The position numbers and the translations under genes are program-made. Positions 32,957 through 38,407 of a DNA stretch of 38,407 nucleotides are shown here, one piece after another. Within the stretch, counting starts at the first letter, position 1. The number at the start of each line of letters is the position of its first letter. The stretch comes from Kiritimatiellia bacterium (GTDB lineage: Bacteria > Verrucomicrobiota > Kiritimatiellia > CAIQIC01 > Lenti-01). The notes beneath the pieces are model-generated. The model was not told where the DNA came from and made no database searches. It saw only the letters and a program-made list of their open reading frames with translations. The stretch is from NCBI GenBank assembly GCA_045627965.1, contig JAZQOP010000231.1:1-38407 (forward strand). Reading direction: 5' to 3'.

Positions 32957-34579
32957 ATGAAAACCATCGATTCCAACTACTTGGTCATTGGCGCAGGCCT
33001 GGCCGGCCTTTCCGCTGTCCTGCAGCTGGCGAGCAGCGGCAAGAAGATCGTCCTTTGCGCCAAGCGCGACCTGAACGAATCGAACTCGTCGCACGCGCAG
33101 GGGGGCATCGCGGTGCCCATCGCGCCGGGCGACACCATCGACGCGCACCTGCAGGACACGCTGGTCGCGGGGGCGGGCATCACCAACCCGGAGGCGGCGC
33201 GCGACATCATCGCGGCGGGGGCGGAGCGCATCGCGGCGCTTGAAAAGTGGGGCGTGCACTTCGAGCGGAAGCCGGCGCATCCGCGCGAGCACGACGCCGA
33301 ATACGACCTGGGGCGCGAAGGCGGGCACTCGGCGCGGCGCATCCTGCACTCCGGCGACATCACGGGCGCCGACGTCATCCGCGTCCTGGCCGAACGCGTC
33401 CGCGAACTGCCGAACGTCGAAATCCACGACCATTACATCGCCATCGACCTCATCACGACGTCGTGGCTGAAGATCCCCGGCGAGAACGCCTGCATCGGGT
33501 GCTACTTCCTGGACATGGAGACCTCCGAGGTCCTGGCCGTGCGCGCGCCGCACACCGTGCTGGCGACGGGCGGGGCCGGCAAGGTCTACCTCTACACGTC
33601 GAACCCCGACGCGGCCACCGGCGACGGGGTCGCCATGGCCTGGCGCGCGGGGCTGCCGGTGCGGAACATGGAGTTCGTCCAGTTCCACCCGACCTGCCTC
33701 TACCATCCCGAGGCCAAGTCCTTCCTCATCTCCGAGGCCGTGCGCGGCGAAGGCGCCCGGCTGCTCAACGCGGCCGGCGAACGCTTCATGGAGCGCTACG
33801 ACAAGCGGCTCGAGCTCGCGCCGCGCGACATCGTGGCCCGGGCCATCGACCACGAGATGAAGACCCGCGGCGACGCGTGCGTCTACCTCGACATCACGCA
33901 CCGCCCGGCCCGGTTCCTCAAGAAGCGCTTCCCGAACATCTACGCCCGCTGCAAGCAGTTCGGCTTCGACCTGACGCGCCAGCCGCTGCCCGTCGTCCCG
34001 GCCGAGCACTACTTCTGCGGCGGCGTCGAGGCGGACACCTTCGGGCGCACCGCGATGGCGGGCCTCCACGCGGTCGGCGAAGTCGCCTGCACGGGCCTCC
34101 ACGGCGCGAACCGCCTGGCCTCCAACTCGATGCTCGAGGCGCTCGTCTGCGGCCACCGCGCCGCCGTCGACATCCTCGAGCACCCGATCGCACGCCGCAA
34201 GACCCGCATCCCCGCCTGGACGATCGGCAACGCGGTCCCCTCCGACGAAGCCGTCGTCGTCGCCCACAACTGGGACGAGGTCCGCACCGTCATGTGGGAC
34301 TACGTTGGCATCGTCCGCACCAACCGGCGGCTGGCGCGCGCGCTCCGGCGCATCTCCACCCTGCGGCGCGAAATCCGCGCCTACTACCGCGACTACCTGA
34401 TCACGGCCGACCTGCTGGAGCTGCGCAACATCGCGGCCGTCGGCGAGCTGGTCATCCGCAGCGCCATGCTCCGCCGCGAATCGCGCGGCCTGCACTACAC
34501 GCTCGACTATCCCCTCCCCGTCCCGGCCATGGCGCGCGACACCATCATCCAGGACCTCCCCGGCGGCGGCGCCGTCTAG
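32957..34579 (+). CDS. nadB: L-aspartate oxidase
   Basis: 540 aa from ATG 32957; FAD motif VIGAGLAGLSA, SSHAQGGIA, and typical succinate dehydrogenase/fumarate reductase flavoprotein-like core (HGANRLASNSMLE). Confidence 0.93.
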   Translation: MKTIDSNYLVIGAGLAGLSAVLQLASSGKKIVLCAKRDLNESNSSHAQGGIAVPIAPGDTIDAHLQDTLVAGAGITNPEAARDIIAAGAERIAALEKWGVHFERKPAHPREHDAEYDLGREGGHSARRILHSGDITGADVIRVLAERVRELPNVEIHDHYIAIDLITTSWLKIPGENACIGCYFLDMETSEVLAVRAPHTVLATGGAGKVYLYTSNPDAATGDGVAMAWRAGLPVRNMEFVQFHPTCLYHPEAKSFLISEAVRGEGARLLNAAGERFMERYDKRLELAPRDIVARAIDHEMKTRGDACVYLDITHRPARFLKKRFPNIYARCKQFGFDLTRQPLPVVPAEHYFCGGVEADTFGRTAMAGLHAVGEVACTGLHGANRLASNSMLEALVCGHRAAVDILEHPIARRKTRIPAWTIGNAVPSDEAVVVAHNWDEVRTVMWDYVGIVRTNRRLARALRRISTLRREIRAYYRDYLITADLLELRNIAAVGELVIRSAMLRRESRGLHYTLDYPLPVPAMARDTIIQDLPGGGAV

Positions 34580-34604
34580 GCCCCGCTTCGCGCCGCCCTC
34601 CCGG

Positions 34605-34631
34605 ACGCGTTTCCACGCAATGGAAACGTGT
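34605..34631. terminator. Hairpin between convergent nadB and GH13 genes
   Basis: ACGCGTTTCCA-CGCA-TGGAAACGTGT stem-loop (one G-U pair), followed by TTTCGG on the plus strand. Confidence 0.4.
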
Positions 34632-34646
34632 TTCGGCGCGGGGGCG

Positions 34647-36755
34647 TCAGGGCAGCGGCAGGGGGAAGTAGGGGAACGGGTCGACGATCTGCTCGACGTA
34701 GTGGTCGACCGACGGGACGTAGAGAGCGGGGACCTCCACGCCGGGCGCGGCAGGGCCGTCCGCGAGCTCCGGCAGGTCGGGCAGCGTGCACCGCGCGACC
34801 ACCTTCATGTTCGGGCGGGCCGGCGGGACGGGCGATAGGATGACCGTCGACCACGGGGCCAGGTCGAGCGGGATGGCGTTCTGGCGCGCCGGCAGCTGGA
34901 AGCCGTCGCCGACCGCCGGCCCGAAGGCCTTGAAGTCGGGGTCGTAGTCCGGGCGCGCGGAGGTGAAATGGCAGAACCAGGCGCGCGGGGCCGAGGAGGA
35001 GGAGGCGTCGGCGACCGGCAGGCGGACGGGGTGCTGCTTCAGGGCGTTCGTGGAAAAGTTGTGGACGACGAGCGTCGAGGCGCCGGCGGGGCCGGAGGCG
35101 TCGGGCTGGCGGCGGCCGTAGGCGAGGACCTTGGATTCGGGGTCGGCCTGCAGGATGGCGATTTCGTCGCCGAGAAGGCCCGGCGTGGCGCCCGTCAGGT
35201 TGCGCCGCAGGGCCGCCAGATGGGCGTTGGCCTGGACCAGGCCGCGGCGCGGGCCGCGGACGGAGCCCCACTCGAAGGCCGCCGTGTCGGAAAAATCGCG
35301 CACGTCGTGGCCCTCGAAGCCCTGGAGATACATCGGCGTGCCCGGGACCGTCATCACGACGGCGTTCGCCATCAAGGACAACGCGCGCGCACGCGTAGAG
35401 GCCGGGTTGACGGGGTCGATGCAGGCCGGAAGGCGGTGGTGGCCGTTGAGGTCGCCGGCGGAATCGTGGCACTCGGAGAACTGGATCCAGCCCGGTTCGA
35501 GGCGGGCCAGGACGGCGGCGAAGGAGGCGACGTCCTTGCGGGCGTCCGGCATCGCGAGGAAGTCGGAGAGCGTGGCTTGGAAGGCGGAATGCCACTGGGC
35601 GTCGAAGCCGACGCCGCCGTTGTCGTAGGCGTGGTCCTCGGCGATGCGGATGGCGCGGGGGAAGCGGGCCGCCATCCAGGCGTTGACCTCGCGCAGGAGC
35701 CTGTCGCCGTCGGCGTTCGCCTCGCCGGCGTTGCCGGGGGTGTAGCGGATGTTGTAGACGCTGTCCCAGCGGAAGCCGTCGAGGCGGTATTCCTCCAGGA
35801 ACATGCGGATGTTCGCCAGGATGAAGTCGCGGACGCCGGCCTTGGAGTAGTCGGGGCGCGGGCCCCATTCGGTTTCGGCGAGGGAGGGGTCGGAGTAGAA
35901 GTAGGGGCCTGGGCCGCCGTCGACGTCGAACTGCCAGGCGGCGACCTGGTCCGGGCCGTAGTGGTTGTGGACGACGTCGAGCAGGACCGCGATGCCGTTG
36001 GCGTGCGCCGCCGCGACAAATTCGCGGAAGTCGTCGGGCGTGCCCAGCGAGGACTCGATGGCGAAGAGGTCGCCCGGGTTGTAGCCCCAGGAGCGCTCGC
36101 CCGGAAATTCGCAGACGGGCATCAGCTGGATGGCGTTGATGCCGAGCCCCTTGAGGTAGGGCATGGCCTTCGACGCCCGCAAAAAGGCCGACTTGCCGCC
36201 CGGGATGTCGCGCACAAACGTGTCGAGGTGCATTTCGTAGATGACCATTTCGCGCAGGGGGGGCGTCTTCCAGGCGGAGGCCGCCGCGCCGGGGCGGACG
36301 GGCCCCGCCGAACGCGTGGCGGGCGCGGCCGCCGCCATCCGCGCCGCCCAGTCGAACTTCTGCGGCTCGACGACGATCGCCTTGTTTTCGCCCGGCGAGA
36401 CGCGCCGCGCGGCCGGGTCGCGCCGGAGAAGGCGGCCGTCGAAGAGATACTGGTAGGCGTCGCCGTCGCGCGCCCGCGGGCTCGTCGCCGTCCAGTAGCC
36501 CGGGTGCTTCGGGTCGGGCTGCATCTGGAGGGGCTTCCAGCCCGTGAAATCGCCCTTCAGCACCGCCGAATGCGCGTTCGGCGCCCATACGCGGAAGGTC
36601 GCCTGGCGCCCCGCGGCCGAGCCGACGACCGTGGCGCCGATGCGCGGGACCTCGTCGCCGGCGACGACGGCGTCCGCCCGCGCGTCCGGCGGCCCGGCGA
36701 GGAGCAGCGCGGCGGCGGCGGCGGCAAGGGCGGAAAGGCGGCGGGCGGCGTTCAT
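34647..36755 (-). CDS. Secreted GH13 alpha-glucan-active enzyme with an N-terminal CBM48-like domain (branching enzyme/TreZ-like)
   Basis: 702 aa; signal peptide. FRVWAPNA...GDFTGW (CBM48-like); GH13 regions DVVHNH, GFRWDSV, IAEDH, ECHDS. Confidence 0.85.
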   Translation of the reverse strand: MNAARRLSALAAAAAALLLAGPPDARADAVVAGDEVPRIGATVVGSAAGRQATFRVWAPNAHSAVLKGDFTGWKPLQMQPDPKHPGYWTATSPRARDGDAYQYLFDGRLLRRDPAARRVSPGENKAIVVEPQKFDWAARMAAAAPATRSAGPVRPGAAASAWKTPPLREMVIYEMHLDTFVRDIPGGKSAFLRASKAMPYLKGLGINAIQLMPVCEFPGERSWGYNPGDLFAIESSLGTPDDFREFVAAAHANGIAVLLDVVHNHYGPDQVAAWQFDVDGGPGPYFYSDPSLAETEWGPRPDYSKAGVRDFILANIRMFLEEYRLDGFRWDSVYNIRYTPGNAGEANADGDRLLREVNAWMAARFPRAIRIAEDHAYDNGGVGFDAQWHSAFQATLSDFLAMPDARKDVASFAAVLARLEPGWIQFSECHDSAGDLNGHHRLPACIDPVNPASTRARALSLMANAVVMTVPGTPMYLQGFEGHDVRDFSDTAAFEWGSVRGPRRGLVQANAHLAALRRNLTGATPGLLGDEIAILQADPESKVLAYGRRQPDASGPAGASTLVVHNFSTNALKQHPVRLPVADASSSSAPRAWFCHFTSARPDYDPDFKAFGPAVGDGFQLPARQNAIPLDLAPWSTVILSPVPPARPNMKVVARCTLPDLPELADGPAAPGVEVPALYVPSVDHYVEQIVDPFPYFPLPLP

Positions 36756-36771
36756 CGGGGCTCCTTTGTCG

Positions 36772-38358
36772 TCAGGGGACGTGGTCGACGAGGGTCGCGG
36801 GCATGTCCATCAGCTTCCGGGGCTTGGCGAGGGCGGCCAGCAGGCGCGTACCCGAAAAGACGCGGATGCGGTAGCCGTAGTATTCCGTCGTGGCCGCGCG
36901 GCCGCGGCCGACCAGGCTGCGCGGGATGACGTAGGTGAAGTCGGCCAGCTCGGCCGTCCGCGCCTCCGTCCCGGGCGGGACCTTGGCCATCACGGGCGAG
37001 TCCGGGACCAGCGCCTGCGACGCGACGATCTCGCCCTCCGCCGTGCGGTCGAAGAACTCGATGTAGACCTGCAGGCTGGCGCCCCCCGGGAAGGGGCCCG
37101 CGGGAAACTCCAGCGCCGTCCGCAGCACGCGCATCTCGGCGACGTCGCCGTTCGCGGGGTCGGGGAGCTTCTGGACCTCGGGCGTGCGGATGCGCACCAG
37201 CGAGCCGCCCGGCACCTCCGCCCCGCCCGCCCCGCCGCCGCCGGAGCGCGCCAGCGCCAGCGCCGCCTCGACGCGGGCGATCTCCCCCTCGGCCCGGAGG
37301 CGGAACGCGCTGTCCGCCGGCGAAAGCCCCTTGAGCTGCCGCCAGCGCACGAGCGCCTCGGTCAGCTTGCCCTGGCGCTCCAGGATGCGCGCGTGCTGCT
37401 CGTAGGCCGGCAGGAAGCCGGGCGCCGCCTTGTGGATCTCGCCCAGCAGGCGCAGCGCCTCCGCGTAGTCCGCGAACTGCGCCGCGGCATCGGCCTGGGC
37501 CAGCATCCGCTGCGCCTCGGCGATGCGCGGATCCGCCGACGACACCTGCGGCAGGTTCTCCAGGGCCGTCTCGGAGGTCGCCGGCTCGAAGTTCGCGTCG
37601 TGCAGGACCGCCATGGCCACGACCGTGGCGTTCGTCTCCGCCGCCAGGTCGGCCTGCGGGTCGGCGGCCAGCTTCTCCGCCGCCGCCGCCACCTCCTCGC
37701 GGCGGGCGACCACCTCTGCGGACAGCTCGCCCGGCATCGAGACGATCGCCGTCTTCTCCTTCGCCGGTGCCGGGGCCGCCGGCGCGGGCGCCGCCTCCGC
37801 GGGCGCCGCCGCGGCACCCGCCGACGCCCCCCCTGCGACGGTTGCCGCCTCCTCCAGGCGCAGGGCTTCCGCGCGGGCGGCGTCCGCCGCCTCGGTCGCG
37901 GGCGTCACCAAAAGCCGCGCCCAGGCGAACAGGAACCAGATCAGCGCGGCCTCCGCCACGACCAGGCAGATCGACACCAGCACGCCCAGCGGCTGCACCG
38001 CCCCGTGGTCGACCTTGCCCTTGCGCGCCAGGCGGCGCTTCTCCTCCCGCTCGCCGACTTCGCCCGCGCCGACGCTAAAGCGGATCCGCGTCGCGCCCAC
38101 CTCCAGGATGTCGCCCTCGCGCAGCAGGCGGTCGCCTTCCAGGGGGAGGCCGTTGACCTTCAGCGACGCGTCCGGCGACAGCGTGCAAACGAACACGCCC
38201 GCCGCGTTCTCCTCCATCCGGAAGTGGCGCCCCGCCAGCGCCGCCTCGCCCGACAGCGACAAATGGCAATCCGGATCCCGCCCCACGACCAGGAGCGACT
38301 GCCGGACCGCCAGCGAGCGCCCCGCATAACGGCCTGTCTGGAAGATCAAGCGATACAT
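36772..38358 (-). CDS. FHA domain-containing membrane protein with a TPR-like region
   Basis: 528 aa; N-terminal FHA (LLVVGRDPDCHLSL...GRHFRM...NGLPL...GDILEVG), one TM helix (VLVSICLVVAEAALIWFLFAWA), Ala/Pro linker, helical repeat region, C-terminal beta-rich domain. Confidence 0.8.
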   Translation of the reverse strand: MYRLIFQTGRYAGRSLAVRQSLLVVGRDPDCHLSLSGEAALAGRHFRMEENAAGVFVCTLSPDASLKVNGLPLEGDRLLREGDILEVGATRIRFSVGAGEVGEREEKRRLARKGKVDHGAVQPLGVLVSICLVVAEAALIWFLFAWARLLVTPATEAADAARAEALRLEEAATVAGGASAGAAAAPAEAAPAPAAPAPAKEKTAIVSMPGELSAEVVARREEVAAAAEKLAADPQADLAAETNATVVAMAVLHDANFEPATSETALENLPQVSSADPRIAEAQRMLAQADAAAQFADYAEALRLLGEIHKAAPGFLPAYEQHARILERQGKLTEALVRWRQLKGLSPADSAFRLRAEGEIARVEAALALARSGGGGAGGAEVPGGSLVRIRTPEVQKLPDPANGDVAEMRVLRTALEFPAGPFPGGASLQVYIEFFDRTAEGEIVASQALVPDSPVMAKVPPGTEARTAELADFTYVIPRSLVGRGRAATTEYYGYRIRVFSGTRLLAALAKPRKLMDMPATLVDHVP

Positions 38359-38407
38359 GACGCCCCCAACCCTACCATCCCCGCCCCGCCCCCTGCAAGC
38401 CCGCTCG

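Overview
High-G+C bacterial chromosomal window. I cannot assign a taxon from the sequence alone, and I saw no rRNA, tRNA, CRISPR array or recognisable IS/transposase. Most of it is housekeeping. The minus strand carries rpsT-rpsL-rpsG (451-1737), closed by an intrinsic terminator with no fusA/tuf behind it. Next comes an lplA-like/topA/dprA block (1945-6588), then a nearly complete S10-spc ribosomal protein cluster from rpsJ to secY (10255-21095). The plus strand carries an MBOAT acyltransferase with an SGNH-like partner, uvrC, two uncharacterised envelope proteins and nadB. Further minus-strand genes are a PpiC-DinG-Sir2 operon, a secreted GH13 enzyme and an FHA-domain membrane protein. Five things stand out. 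(1) A 260-aa membrane-anchored coiled-coil protein of unknown family sits between rpsS and rplV inside the S10 operon and is translationally coupled to rplV. (2) A lower-G+C ~2.6 kb island (6999-9541) lies between the secY terminator and dprA. It encodes a secreted metzincin-type protease split across two frames and a small secreted protein broken at a G6 homopolymer. (3) A ~700 nt non-coding gap (9542-10254) holds a 34-bp perfect palindrome and a copy of an intergenic repeat. That repeat also occurs twice, in the opposite orientation, at 157-350. (4) TopA has a zinc-ribbon-free C-terminal region made of three ~75-aa repeats. (5) The S10/spc/str gene order is non-canonical. Many long ORFs in the supplied track are antisense or off-frame artefacts of the high G+C content and are not reported as genes.
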